A stretch of DNA of 64,000 nucleotides from Patescibacteria group bacterium (GTDB lineage Bacteria > Patescibacteriota > Patescibacteriia > JAHIZJ01): positions 69,004 to 133,003 of the forward strand of contig JBAZUB010000003.1 in NCBI GenBank assembly GCA_041661625.1, read 5' to 3'. Positions 54,301 to 62,914 of the stretch are shown one piece after another (position 1 is the stretch's first letter; every line of letters starts with the position of its first letter). The notes beneath the pieces were generated by a model. The model made no database searches. It was not told the origin of the DNA and was given only the letters and a program-made list of their open reading frames with translations. A program made the position numbers and the translations under genes.

Positions 54301-55837
54301 GCACAACATCTATGGAAACTTTGGCTTACTGGAGGCTGACACGGATTATCGAACCAAACTGCTGGGTTTGGCCAACGGTGTTTTGAGCACCGACGGTTTG
54401 GGTATGACCAGCGATGTCGAGTATACGTTCAAAACCTCCACCGCGATTTGTGATGTCAATCAAGTTAGGGTCGATCCGAGCAGTTGGCAATTTGTCCAGC
54501 GGGATGCCTCGAGGATGTTTACCGCTTCGGCTTACCATGGCGACCAGATGATCCTGTCCATTCCCGGTGTGTATGAATACAATTGGACTTGGTCAACGGA
54601 TGACGCCACGATTATAGTTGTCGGTCCGATCAATGTTGCGGCGACGGTGGGAACCATCCAAAACAAGAACGGCAGCACCCGAATCAACGCCAAGGCTTCC
54701 GTGACTACCCCCGGCAAGGAAAAGGAGGTTACCGGCCGGGCGGAAATACGGGTCAATATGTGCGAACACCCCTGGCCCGATCCGGGTGCCGGATTATTCG
54801 TGCCATTTACCGATGCTGACACGCACTTTTCTTTCTGGTACTGCACTGACGATGGATTGCCGATGATTACAAATGTTACCAATGGATCCAGCGGTGCTGA
54901 CCTAATCAAGGAATATTTCTTTAATGGTTTGCATGTCTGTGAGGGCGCGGCCAAAGCCTGCACGGTAGACGCGGATTGTGACGGCATGGCCTGCACGGTG
55001 CTGCCGGATGCGGTTGGCGTACGTGTAATGACGAACCCGAATAGTCAATCACCCAAACTTTGGTATGAAAAAAGATTACCCAATGAGCCGATCCCCAGCG
55101 GCGCCGAGCGGACCATTGATGGTTTTCAGTCCATTCGAGTCGGTCGGACTAGCTATGTCGATGCGGCTAATTCCTACTTTGATGGTGCCTGGCATACTTA
55201 TACCAATATTTATCTACTGTCCTTCAGTGAGAATTCGAAATCTGTAACCCAGGAGGTAGCCAACGCATTGATCGGGAACTGGAAATTTGTCACCAATGCG
55301 GGTGTTGATTTTGGCGATTTTGCCAAACCCTGGCTGATACGTGACACCAAGCGGTTGGCCGACTTAGCCGATATTGAGCACTATCTGGACGATTATCGGG
55401 CTACCAGTAGCACCTATCCCAATCTGCAAGCCGGCAGCTATCTAACACGACGGTCCACTAGCGCCTGGCCATCATGGCAAGCTTCCTTGGGTAACGCATT
55501 GGGCAAGGGATTGCCCACTGACCCGTTGAACTTGTTTTTGTACGGCTCCGGCCCGGGTACGTGTGAGGTGCCGCCGTATGATCACGATACCTGTTGGTGG
55601 GGCAATAAGACTCTGTACCCGACTGACGGTGGCCGGTTCACCTGCCAGGCCAACTCGCATGTTTATATGTACAATTTCGTTCCCGATCCGGCCGACCCCG
55701 CGCTCGATAAGTCCTATTTGTACACGATGCTAGAATATCCGCAATGGGGTGCGCTGGCACCAGCTAATCCATGTGCCGGTTTAGCCGATGGCTCTAGTTG
55801 CGCTTGCTTTAATTACACCAGAGAAGTCACACCATAA
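51323..55837 (+). CDS. Giant (1504 aa) cell-surface protein: signal peptide, VirB2/TrbC-pilin-like two-helix N-terminal module, Ig-like/beta-rich region, three Cys-rich 60-aa tandem repeats
   Basis: AWA|A signal peptidase site. IYGGFLWMTAAGNEQRIEKAKKIIMGAIIGLVIILLSFAIVQFVF. Repeats DGEHRACAG.CIT.SGEA.DEC..DSQCT..NTHSECAGAMCNVVDGAGANQC..PDDC. Confidence 0.7.
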   Translation: MGGPIPKTNQKYWRGFVLGAGIWCLLLLAVILVWPYRFAWAATFDSNTGSALGLGTVPLDQVVRNIIRWALGFLGLIAVIMVIYGGFLWMTAAGNEQRIEKAKKIIMGAIIGLVIILLSFAIVQFVFFGVTNSTGNGNDNTNGGPPPDGGDSAQFYVRLVSPHEDEDNVSLCRFVQGVFNRQINQSTGALTLTQVDNGQAVAGAITYQDGNKIKLDPSADLAPQKQYRALIPDTVEDSSGNQLDQQKEWYFTTGSESDNEPPRVFDTWPDTGATDICLSTPIVVEFNEPMDLSTLIVANVTVAGPGNPQVRSVDIPNDRTMAITLNSPLEPNQDYTVTLNGAPGHIADACGNPLDGNGDGTGGDNYDWSFTTGIGADCAPKINSISGSGYYETDVTIEGTNFTSIPTTTVFNNDATAFNNCFNASYIPNAVCVKEWTNTRIKVTLPASGGASNGAIDGLVKVRVGALESNGKDFDVKAPHVSQVNPASGGPGQFVTITGTNFGSSAGRVLFRKTGDPDIEGDRPSCSSWWQNDQIIVKVPEGFSLNDVTQIQIDTSGNRRSNLEDFQITNQVGPGLCSITPACGGADTDVTLIGEALGGAGQLKFDGTTADTTVWTEGQIKGKVPDIADSVNPYSVTATVGGLVSNGLPFHKPCGTGDDGEHRACAGATCITASGEAPDECANDSQCTGTNTHSECAGAMCNVVDGAGANQCDTPDDCDGEHRACAGTSCITVSGEAADECTDDSQCTDANTHSECAGAMCNVVDGAGANQCDTPDDCDGEHRACAGTTCITASGEAPDECSNDSQCTDANTHSECAGAMCNVVDGAGANQCAVPDDCAGSGTDCDSDPATPACQPGACPVGETCRDTDCRCWVLPSYACSTTQWSCTPNPAGCAATQGCLNDCSCADRPTLTSSIPANLSVDICRNVQFSWTFSETMSGSSADNDAIQLTIDGGAAAGAACSVDKDCASDNCSSNLCVGSVVRGSYSQPSDKHNIYGNFGLLEADTDYRTKLLGLANGVLSTDGLGMTSDVEYTFKTSTAICDVNQVRVDPSSWQFVQRDASRMFTASAYHGDQMILSIPGVYEYNWTWSTDDATIIVVGPINVAATVGTIQNKNGSTRINAKASVTTPGKEKEVTGRAEIRVNMCEHPWPDPGAGLFVPFTDADTHFSFWYCTDDGLPMITNVTNGSSGADLIKEYFFNGLHVCEGAAKACTVDADCDGMACTVLPDAVGVRVMTNPNSQSPKLWYEKRLPNEPIPSGAERTIDGFQSIRVGRTSYVDAANSYFDGAWHTYTNIYLLSFSENSKSVTQEVANALIGNWKFVTNAGVDFGDFAKPWLIRDTKRLADLADIEHYLDDYRATSSTYPNLQAGSYLTRRSTSAWPSWQASLGNALGKGLPTDPLNLFLYGSGPGTCEVPPYDHDTCWWGNKTLYPTDGGRFTCQANSHVYMYNFVPDPADPALDKSYLYTMLEYPQWGALAPANPCAGLADGSSCACFNYTREVTP
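53297..53836 (+). repeat. 3 x 180-bp in-frame tandem DNA repeats inside the giant surface-protein gene; about 105 nt are identical between successive copies
   Basis: Period exactly 180 bp (53477 to 53657). Confidence 0.85.
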
Positions 55838-55839
55838 TT

Positions 55840-56472
55840 ATGCCAAACTCAACCAACCAGCCCAGTAGCGCGGAAGATATTTTTGCCCCAACCGATCCAG
55901 CCGGCACTCGAACTCCGTCCGTGCGTCCAACTCGGCGTCCGGCAGCACCTTATCATGACAGCCCCCTGCCACCGGTGCGCTCTGGTGGCTCTCGTAATCG
56001 CACCATATACCTAACAATAATCGTGATCGTGGTAGTATTGGTTGTCGGCAGCATAGCGGGGTTGGCTTGGTGGAAAAATCGTTCCCAGACCAGCGCTAAC
56101 GCCAGCAACCGAAACACCAATCAGCTAGTAAATCAGAATGCCAACTCTTCCATTGTTAATGTATCCAATCAGAACGCTAACGCAACAATCATCCCCAATG
56201 TCAATGAGTCGACCAATGCTCCTGCCGACAGTGATCGCGATGGATTGTCGGATACGGAAGAGGCCAGTCTTGGCACAAATCCGCAATTGAGCGATACTGA
56301 TGGTGATGGCTTATCGGATCTTCGCGAAGTCAGGATCTATCATTCAGATCCTCTGGTATCAGATTCCGATGGCAACGGCGTTTCGGATGGCGACGAAGTA
56401 TCAGCAGGTGATAATCCCACCGGCAGCGGCTCACTTTTTGATATTAGCAATAAGACCATAAATTCAAACTAA
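55840..56472 (+). CDS. Membrane-anchored surface protein with N-rich linker and thrombospondin-type-3-like DxDxDG calcium-binding repeats
   Basis: TM IYLTIIVIVVVLVVGSIAGLAWW. NASNRNTNQLVNQNAN linker. SDTDGDGLSD and SDSDGNGVSD repeats. Confidence 0.6.
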   Translation: MPNSTNQPSSAEDIFAPTDPAGTRTPSVRPTRRPAAPYHDSPLPPVRSGGSRNRTIYLTIIVIVVVLVVGSIAGLAWWKNRSQTSANASNRNTNQLVNQNANSSIVNVSNQNANATIIPNVNESTNAPADSDRDGLSDTEEASLGTNPQLSDTDGDGLSDLREVRIYHSDPLVSDSDGNGVSDGDEVSAGDNPTGSGSLFDISNKTINSN

Positions 56473-56726
56473 TGCCCGACCAGTCACCATATACGATGTC
56501 CAACAACCCAGCCCAGGGCATCAATAATACCGTCCCCGAAAATCCCACCGAGATTCGCGTGATGCCGGAACGGTTTTTAGCGCGCGGCGAGGCCAAAGGA
56601 TCGAGTCGCATGCGTTGGTGGATATATGTCGTTATTTTGATTGTTGTCGCCGGTTTGATCGGCGCGGGTATATTGTTGTTGAATCGCATAGTGGTGAATA
56701 ATAATACGGCACCGTATCGAATCTGA
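56472..56726 (+). CDS. Signal-anchor fragment (84 aa). Probably the N-terminal part of the following gene, separated from it by a frameshift in an AAT-rich tract near 56696-56704.
   Basis: TM anchor WWIYVVILIVVAGLIGAGILLL. The downstream frame is open from 56705 and encodes an N-rich linker. Confidence 0.45.
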   Translation: MPDQSPYTMSNNPAQGINNTVPENPTEIRVMPERFLARGEAKGSSRMRWWIYVVILIVVAGLIGAGILLLNRIVVNNNTAPYRI

Positions 56727-56806
56727 ATAACGCGGCTATTAACCAGAACAATAACGGCAACACGAACCTCAATACCAATAATTCTAATAACAATACCAAT
56801 TCTGTA

Positions 56807-58132
56807 GTGACGATAAAGGAATTGTCCGATACACTGCTGAACAAGGCCGACCTAGGAGAGGGTTATGAAGCCTACCAAGAACTGAAAATCACTACCGACA
56901 CTGGCAGTATTGCTGGCGTAGCTTTGTCGCGCGCCCAACGCATTTTTACGCTTGAGGATACGAAATCTAACAGCGTCAGTATTACCATAAAAGTTATGGA
57001 AGCCCCCTCAAAAACGGATGCAAACGCCGTATTTCAATCGGAAAATAGTGAACTGAAGCGTTCAGTTGGCAACCAGGAAGGCCGGTTTGTAAAAGCTTCC
57101 ACAGTCGGCGATCAATCACTGCTGTATGAACAAACCGACGGTAATAAAATCGAAACCATCTTTAGCTGGAAATATCTAATAGCCGATATCTCGATTGATG
57201 TATTCAAAGGCTCGGCACCATCGACTGAAGATGTGAAATCTTGGTTGGCGCGGCTACTTCAAAACTTTAAGGCCTATGATAGCACTAAGCCGGTTACCAA
57301 TACTAACGAAAACGATAACGCAAATATTAACGCGAACACCAACACTAATATAAATCAAAACGCGAACGGGAATATCAGCGCTCCACCACCGACCAGCAGC
57401 GCCGATCAGGATCAGGATAGCTTGACCGACACGGAGGAGCTGCTTTACAAAACCGATGTAGCTAAGCCGGATACCGACGGTGACAGTTATCTGGATGGTC
57501 CCGAAGTGGCCACTGGCTACAGTCCGATCGCAGCCTCAGGCGCGAAATTGGAGGCGTCTGGTTTGGTAAAAGTATTTTCCAGTCAAATCTACAATTATCG
57601 AATCCTGTATCCTTCGCCCTGGATAGTACAGAACGCTGTCGCCGATGGATCTAGCGTGGTCATGACTTCGGATACCGGTGAGTTTGTCAGCGTAACAATC
57701 GGTGAAAATTCGGAACGTTTGTCAGCTAAGCAGTGGTACATGAATCAAGCTCCTGGAATTGATGAGTCCAAAATTACTAGTGTCGTTGTCGGAGAGCTGA
57801 CGGGCGTGAAAAGTTCCGACGAATTGAATGTGTATTTAAGCAATGATACCGCCATATATATTATAACTTATAGTCTGGCCAACCACGAAACCGCTAATTT
57901 TCTGACTACCTTTGAAATGATGGTGCGCAGTTTCCGGGTAACCGGCTCACCACCGTCAATCAACGGTAATACCAACGCTAATACTAATACAAACACCAAC
58001 TCGAACGTTAATGCTGGCATCAACGTCAACAATAATGTCAATGTGAATACCAATACTCCAGATGGCACCTCTAGGGCGCCGAGCGGAACAGCCATACCGG
58101 CACCGATATTAAACACCGAACTTGGCATCTAA
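56807..58132 (+). CDS. Secreted/surface protein with N/T-rich linkers and a TSP3-like Ca-binding motif. The track start is GTG; the frame is open upstream to 56705.
   Basis: DQDQDSLTDTEELLYKTDVAKPDTDGDSYLDGPE. NTNENDNANINANTNTNINQNANGN. C-terminal NGNTNANTNTNTNSNVNAGINVNNNVNVNTN. Confidence 0.55.
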   Translation: MTIKELSDTLLNKADLGEGYEAYQELKITTDTGSIAGVALSRAQRIFTLEDTKSNSVSITIKVMEAPSKTDANAVFQSENSELKRSVGNQEGRFVKASTVGDQSLLYEQTDGNKIETIFSWKYLIADISIDVFKGSAPSTEDVKSWLARLLQNFKAYDSTKPVTNTNENDNANINANTNTNINQNANGNISAPPPTSSADQDQDSLTDTEELLYKTDVAKPDTDGDSYLDGPEVATGYSPIAASGAKLEASGLVKVFSSQIYNYRILYPSPWIVQNAVADGSSVVMTSDTGEFVSVTIGENSERLSAKQWYMNQAPGIDESKITSVVVGELTGVKSSDELNVYLSNDTAIYIITYSLANHETANFLTTFEMMVRSFRVTGSPPSINGNTNANTNTNTNSNVNAGINVNNNVNVNTNTPDGTSRAPSGTAIPAPILNTELGI

Positions 58133-58577
58133 TAAAAAAACGCAGCCAGCGATCAGCCTATCCGGTATTGCTGGCGGTTGCACGTCAGTAGAGCGGGTTA
58201 CGGTCAACCGGATTATCCGATCCGCCAATCAACTATGGCAGCGGACTCCCGCCGCCGAAGTAACAGCGAATTTTGTCAGCGCTCCGGTTATTCAGCAATT
58301 GAATCGGCAATACCGCCGGGTCAACCGACCGACTACCACGCTGTCCTTCGTCTACCAGGGGAGTGGCAGCCAGCGTGATCCCTGGATCGGTGAAATAATG
58401 TTTTGTCGCCGAGCCATTAAACAATGGGCAGAAGATTCAGGTAAAACCTACCTGATAGCCCTGGCTGATTTGACTGCTCACAGTTTGCTCCACATATTGG
58501 GCTATCACCACCAGAACGATACCCAGGAACGGACCATGGAGCGTTGGGCCAAAAGAATAACCAAATCAATAACATGA
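58122..58577 (+). CDS. ybeY: Endoribonuclease YbeY
   Basis: TTLSFVY, IMFCRR, HSLLHILGYHH metal-binding motif. TTG start. Confidence 0.8.
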   Translation: MASNKKTQPAISLSGIAGGCTSVERVTVNRIIRSANQLWQRTPAAEVTANFVSAPVIQQLNRQYRRVNRPTTTLSFVYQGSGSQRDPWIGEIMFCRRAIKQWAEDSGKTYLIALADLTAHSLLHILGYHHQNDTQERTMERWAKRITKSIT

Positions 58578-58930
58578 TCGAGAAGATCAGGCAAACAATC
58601 CGCAGTTTTCAATATGCCGCCCGTGGCCTGTGGTATGTTATTCGGCGGGAGCGCACTTTTCAAATCCATATTATTGCCACCCTTGTGGTGGTGGCCCTGA
58701 GTGTTGTCTACCCGCTGAAAACTTGGGAGATTATTATATTAATCATAATGATCGTGCTGGTGCTGGTGCTGGAAATTGCCAATACGGCGGTGGAAAAGAT
58801 TATTGACGCCCTCAAGCCGAGATTGCATTTCTACGTCCAAGTAGCCAAGGACCTGATGGCGGCAGCCGTACTGGTAGCGGCAATTGGCGCGATTATTATC
58901 GCACTATTGATATTTTGGCCATATTTTTAA
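58574..58930 (+). CDS. dgkA: Diacylglycerol kinase (prokaryotic DgkA family)
   Basis: Three TM helices. EIANTAVEKIIDAL. ATGA overlap with ybeY. Confidence 0.7.
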   Translation: MIEKIRQTIRSFQYAARGLWYVIRRERTFQIHIIATLVVVALSVVYPLKTWEIIILIIMIVLVLVLEIANTAVEKIIDALKPRLHFYVQVAKDLMAAAVLVAAIGAIIIALLIFWPYF

Positions 58931-59002
58931 ACTAGCTAGTTGTCTCATCGGTAAAAATATATTATAATAACTTTACTAAGATAGTCTAAAACAGTTCCGC
59001 GT

Positions 59003-60241
59003 ATGGCAAGAGAAGAAATTTATACCGGCCTTGATCTGGGTTCCAGCACCGTCAGGATCGTTGTCGGCCAACACAGCGAAAATGGCCAGTTCCAGATTTT
59101 GGGAGTGGCCGAGCATCCGTCTGAAGGAATCAGCCGGGGGGTGATTACTAGTATTGAAGACACTGTTTCCAGCATTTCCGGCGCTCTGGAGAAAGCCGAA
59201 CGTATGACCGGACTACCCATCGAGCATGCTTTTGTGGGAATTAATGGCAACCACATCACTTCGCAGAACAGCCACGGTGTCGTGGCCGTGTCTAAAGCGG
59301 ATGGTGAAATTAAGGAAGACGATGTGGTGCGAGTGATTGAGGCGGCTCAGTCGGTGGCCATTCCGCCAAACTACGAAACACTGCATGTGATACCGCGGTC
59401 CTTTTCGGTTGATAACCAATCGGGCATAAAGGATCCAGTGGGTATGACCGGTATACGGTTGGAGGTCGACGCTCAAATAATTCAGGGCTTATCGAGCCAG
59501 GTTAAAAATACCACCAAATGTATTTACCGCACCGGGCTGGATATAGATGATTTGGTACTGGGTGTTTTGGCTGCATCCGAGTCGGTATTGACCCACCGTC
59601 AAAAGGAATTAGGAGTAGCGCTGATTAATATCGGTGCGGCCACAACCAGTGTGGCGGTGTTCGAAGAAGGAGACATTATTCACATGACAGTGCTGCCGGT
59701 GGGTAGCGGTCATATCACCAACGACATCGCAATTGGTTTACGCACATCGATTGAAGTGGCCGAACAGGTCAAGATTGAGGCCGCCTCCTGCGTACCGGAA
59801 GAAGTCAACAAGCGCGATGAAATAAACCTAAACGAAATATCCGACAGCGAGAATACGGTGGTATCCCGGAAGCATATTGCCGAGATTGCCGAAGCCCGGG
59901 TGGAAGAAATTTTTACGATGGTGGATAAGGAACTGCAGAAAATAGAACGGAGCGGCTTGTTACCGGCTGGGGTAATATTAACTGGCGGTGGCGCCAAGTT
60001 GCCCGGCGCCATCACGGTGGCTAAGCAGATTTTCAAGCTTCCGGCCGCTCTGGGTACCCCGCGTGATATTGTTTCATCAATTGATAAGATAACCGATCCG
60101 GCCTTTGCCACGGCAATTGGTTTAGCGATCTGGGGTGCCCAGGCCAATTCCAAGAGCCATGCCTTTTCCGGCAGCAGCTTTTCCTCGGTCGCCGATGTGA
60201 CCGGAAAACTGCGTAAGTGGTTTCGATCCCTGGTACCCTAA
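59003..60241 (+). CDS. ftsA: Cell division protein FtsA
   Basis: YTGLDLGSSTVRIVVG actin-like fold motifs. Confidence 0.9.
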   Translation: MAREEIYTGLDLGSSTVRIVVGQHSENGQFQILGVAEHPSEGISRGVITSIEDTVSSISGALEKAERMTGLPIEHAFVGINGNHITSQNSHGVVAVSKADGEIKEDDVVRVIEAAQSVAIPPNYETLHVIPRSFSVDNQSGIKDPVGMTGIRLEVDAQIIQGLSSQVKNTTKCIYRTGLDIDDLVLGVLAASESVLTHRQKELGVALINIGAATTSVAVFEEGDIIHMTVLPVGSGHITNDIAIGLRTSIEVAEQVKIEAASCVPEEVNKRDEINLNEISDSENTVVSRKHIAEIAEARVEEIFTMVDKELQKIERSGLLPAGVILTGGGAKLPGAITVAKQIFKLPAALGTPRDIVSSIDKITDPAFATAIGLAIWGAQANSKSHAFSGSSFSSVADVTGKLRKWFRSLVP

Positions 60242-60361
60242 GGAAAATGTTGACGTCAGCCAGTTTTGCGTGGTAGAGTATAAGCCAGTACGTCGTATAT
60301 TATGAAATATAAGGCTAAACGGGACCCCTCTGTCGATGGTCTCTCACGAAGGAACACTCTC

Positions 60362-61522
60362 ATGGAAGTGAAACCAGCTATCGAAACCTTTGCGAAAATC
60401 AAAGTAGTCGGATTGGGAGGTAGCGGTGGCTCGGCTATCAATCGCATGATTGCCTCGAAAATAAAGGGCGTTGATTTTGTCGTGATCAATACCGACGCGC
60501 AGGCGCTGCATCACAATCAGGCGCCGACCAAGATTCAAATTGGCAAGACTACCACACGTGGCCTGGGTGCTGGCATGGACTCCGAAACTGGTCAGAAAGC
60601 GGCCGAAGAGAACCAGGATGAAATTTACGATAACTTAAAAGGTGCCGATATGGTGTTTCTGACCTGTGGCCTGGGCGGCGGTACTGGCACGGGTTCGGCG
60701 CCAGTGGTGGCGGATATCGCAAAGGATGTGGGTGCCCTGACGGTCGCCGTGGTTACCAAACCATTCCAGTTCGAAGGTGAGGAACGTCGCCGGATCGCCG
60801 AAGATGGCCTATCCAAGCTAATCGAGAAAGTCGACACCATCATTACCATCCCGAACGACCGCTTGCTCCAGATCATCGACAAGAAGACCTCTTTGCTCGA
60901 AGCTTTTGAAATAGTGGATGACATACTGCGCCAAGGCGTTCAAGGTATTTCAGATTTGATCACCGTGCCGGGCTTAGTCAACGTCGACTTTGCCGACGTT
61001 AAGGCGATTATGCAGAATGCCGGTTCGGCTCTTATGGGCATTGGCCGCGGTACCGGCGAAAATCGTGCCGTCGAGGCTGCCAAGCTGGCCATCGAAAGCC
61101 CGTTACTGGAAATGTCGATCGAGGGCGCCAAAGGCATCTTATTCACTGTTACTGGCGGTACCAGCATGAGCATGTACGAATTGAATGAAGCAGCCAAGAT
61201 AATTACCGGCTCAGCCGATCCGGGTGCTAAGATCATCTTCGGCTCGGTGATTGATGAAAATCTCAAAGATGAACTCAAGATTACCGTGGTGGCGACTGGA
61301 TTCGGTGACAAGCGGGTGAAAAAAGTGAAGCTGGAAACGGTCACACCATTTACTCGCGACGAGAAGCCACCCCTGAACACATTTCAGCGTCCCGCCCCGC
61401 AAAACGTAACTCCTAAACGGGTGTTCAAGGACGAAGAACCATCTATGGAGAGCGCGCCTCAAAAATCTAAAGAAGAGGAAGAGCTGGAAATACCCGCGTT
61501 CATTCGCAAGAAAATGATGTGA
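60362..61522 (+). CDS. ftsZ: Cell division protein FtsZ
   Basis: GLGGSGGSAINRM and GGGTGTGSAPVVA tubulin signature. ATG at 60362 with an AAGGAA RBS preferred over the track start. Confidence 0.9.
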   Translation: MEVKPAIETFAKIKVVGLGGSGGSAINRMIASKIKGVDFVVINTDAQALHHNQAPTKIQIGKTTTRGLGAGMDSETGQKAAEENQDEIYDNLKGADMVFLTCGLGGGTGTGSAPVVADIAKDVGALTVAVVTKPFQFEGEERRRIAEDGLSKLIEKVDTIITIPNDRLLQIIDKKTSLLEAFEIVDDILRQGVQGISDLITVPGLVNVDFADVKAIMQNAGSALMGIGRGTGENRAVEAAKLAIESPLLEMSIEGAKGILFTVTGGTSMSMYELNEAAKIITGSADPGAKIIFGSVIDENLKDELKITVVATGFGDKRVKKVKLETVTPFTRDEKPPLNTFQRPAPQNVTPKRVFKDEEPSMESAPQKSKEEEELEIPAFIRKKMM

Positions 61523-61545
61523 GCGTGAGTAAGATGATTGTTCGG

Positions 61546-61575
61546 CCCACTCTCCGGAGTGGGATTTAGTATTGA
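61546..61575 (+). terminator. Rho-independent terminator after ftsZ
   Basis: CCCACTC-TCCG-GAGTGGG followed by ATTTAGTATT. Confidence 0.5.
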
Positions 61576-61662
61576 CGATCCGGTTCGGTGGGCTCTTCAG
61601 CTCTTGTTCAGGTGAGAGTCGTTATATATACTGGTAGTGTCATATAATTAAAAAGTATCCAA

Positions 61663-62904
61663 ATGGATTCGCAAACAAATAAGCCCAACTTTATTAGTAA
61701 CGTCGTGCTGGTTAGTTTTGTCGTGGGGGGCGTGATGGGCGGACTGGTGGGGGCGGTGACCGGCGGTATTTCGGTGGATCATATCGTGCCTTGGTTTGAT
61801 CGGACATTTCTAGGTAAGGAGGCTACCGTAAACAATGCTAATACCACCTCAATAAGTACGACTAAAGTATCACAAGCCGAAGAAGAATCAGCCACAATTG
61901 ATACGGTCAAAGGTGTGTCGCCGTCGGTGGGTAGCATTATCGTCAAGCAGAACATTGTTCAGCCAAACACTGATCAACTTTCGCCGATCGACCTTTTCTT
62001 TGGTCAGCAACAACCCAATACAGATTCCAGTAGCCCAAGAGAGGTGGCAGCCGGAACCGGATTTATTATTTCCAGCGATGGCTATATTTTGACCAATAAA
62101 CACGTTATAAACATTAATAACGCGGCCTACACATTTGTGACTAACGAAGGCAATGAATATGACGCCAAACTAATCGCGACCGACCCATTTAACGATATCG
62201 CGGTCATAAAAATTGAAGCGAACGATCTGCCGGCGCTCGAGTTGGGCGATTCAGATTCGCTTAAGATCGGCCAGACTGTCATTGCCATCGGCAACACCTT
62301 GAGCCAATTTCCCAATACGGTCACCAAGGGCATCGTGAGCGGAATCGGACGAACCATTACGGCTGGTGATAGTCAGGGTAGCTCGGAAACGCTAGAACAG
62401 GTAATCCAAACCGACGCGGCCATCAATCAAGGTAATTCGGGCGGGCCGTTATTGACCCTGGATGGGAAAGTGGTGGGCATCAACACCGCTGTCAGCCAAG
62501 AGGGTCAATTGCTTGGTTTTGCCATTCCGATCAGCCAAGTTAAACCGGCCATTCAAAGCGTGCGGACGGATGGGAAAATTACCCGACCCTATTTGGGTGT
62601 GCGATATCAGATTATTACCCCGGAATCAGCTGAAGCGAATAATTTAAGTGTCGACTACGGTGCCTTGATTATTCGGGGGAGCAATAATTCGGTGGCGGTT
62701 CTGCCGGGTAGTCCGGCGGACAAGGCGGGTTTGGTTGAAAATGATATAATATTGGAAATGAACGGTCAGCGTATTACCGAAGACAATTCGCTGTCCCAAA
62801 TGATGAAGAGTCGGTCGGTGGGGGATTCCGTGACACTGAAATATCTTCATGACGGTGCCGAAAAGACTGCTACCACGATTTTGGAAGAGTATAAAGCCAC
62901 CTAA
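61663..62904 (+). CDS. htrA: HtrA/DegP-family trypsin-like serine protease with C-terminal PDZ
   Basis: N-terminal TM, TNKHVI (His), DIAVIK (Asp), GNSGGPLL (Ser), PDZ GDIILEMNG. Confidence 0.85.
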   Translation: MDSQTNKPNFISNVVLVSFVVGGVMGGLVGAVTGGISVDHIVPWFDRTFLGKEATVNNANTTSISTTKVSQAEEESATIDTVKGVSPSVGSIIVKQNIVQPNTDQLSPIDLFFGQQQPNTDSSSPREVAAGTGFIISSDGYILTNKHVININNAAYTFVTNEGNEYDAKLIATDPFNDIAVIKIEANDLPALELGDSDSLKIGQTVIAIGNTLSQFPNTVTKGIVSGIGRTITAGDSQGSSETLEQVIQTDAAINQGNSGGPLLTLDGKVVGINTAVSQEGQLLGFAIPISQVKPAIQSVRTDGKITRPYLGVRYQIITPESAEANNLSVDYGALIIRGSNNSVAVLPGSPADKAGLVENDIILEMNGQRITEDNSLSQMMKSRSVGDSVTLKYLHDGAEKTATTILEEYKAT

Positions 62905-62914
62905 CCAAAGTTTC

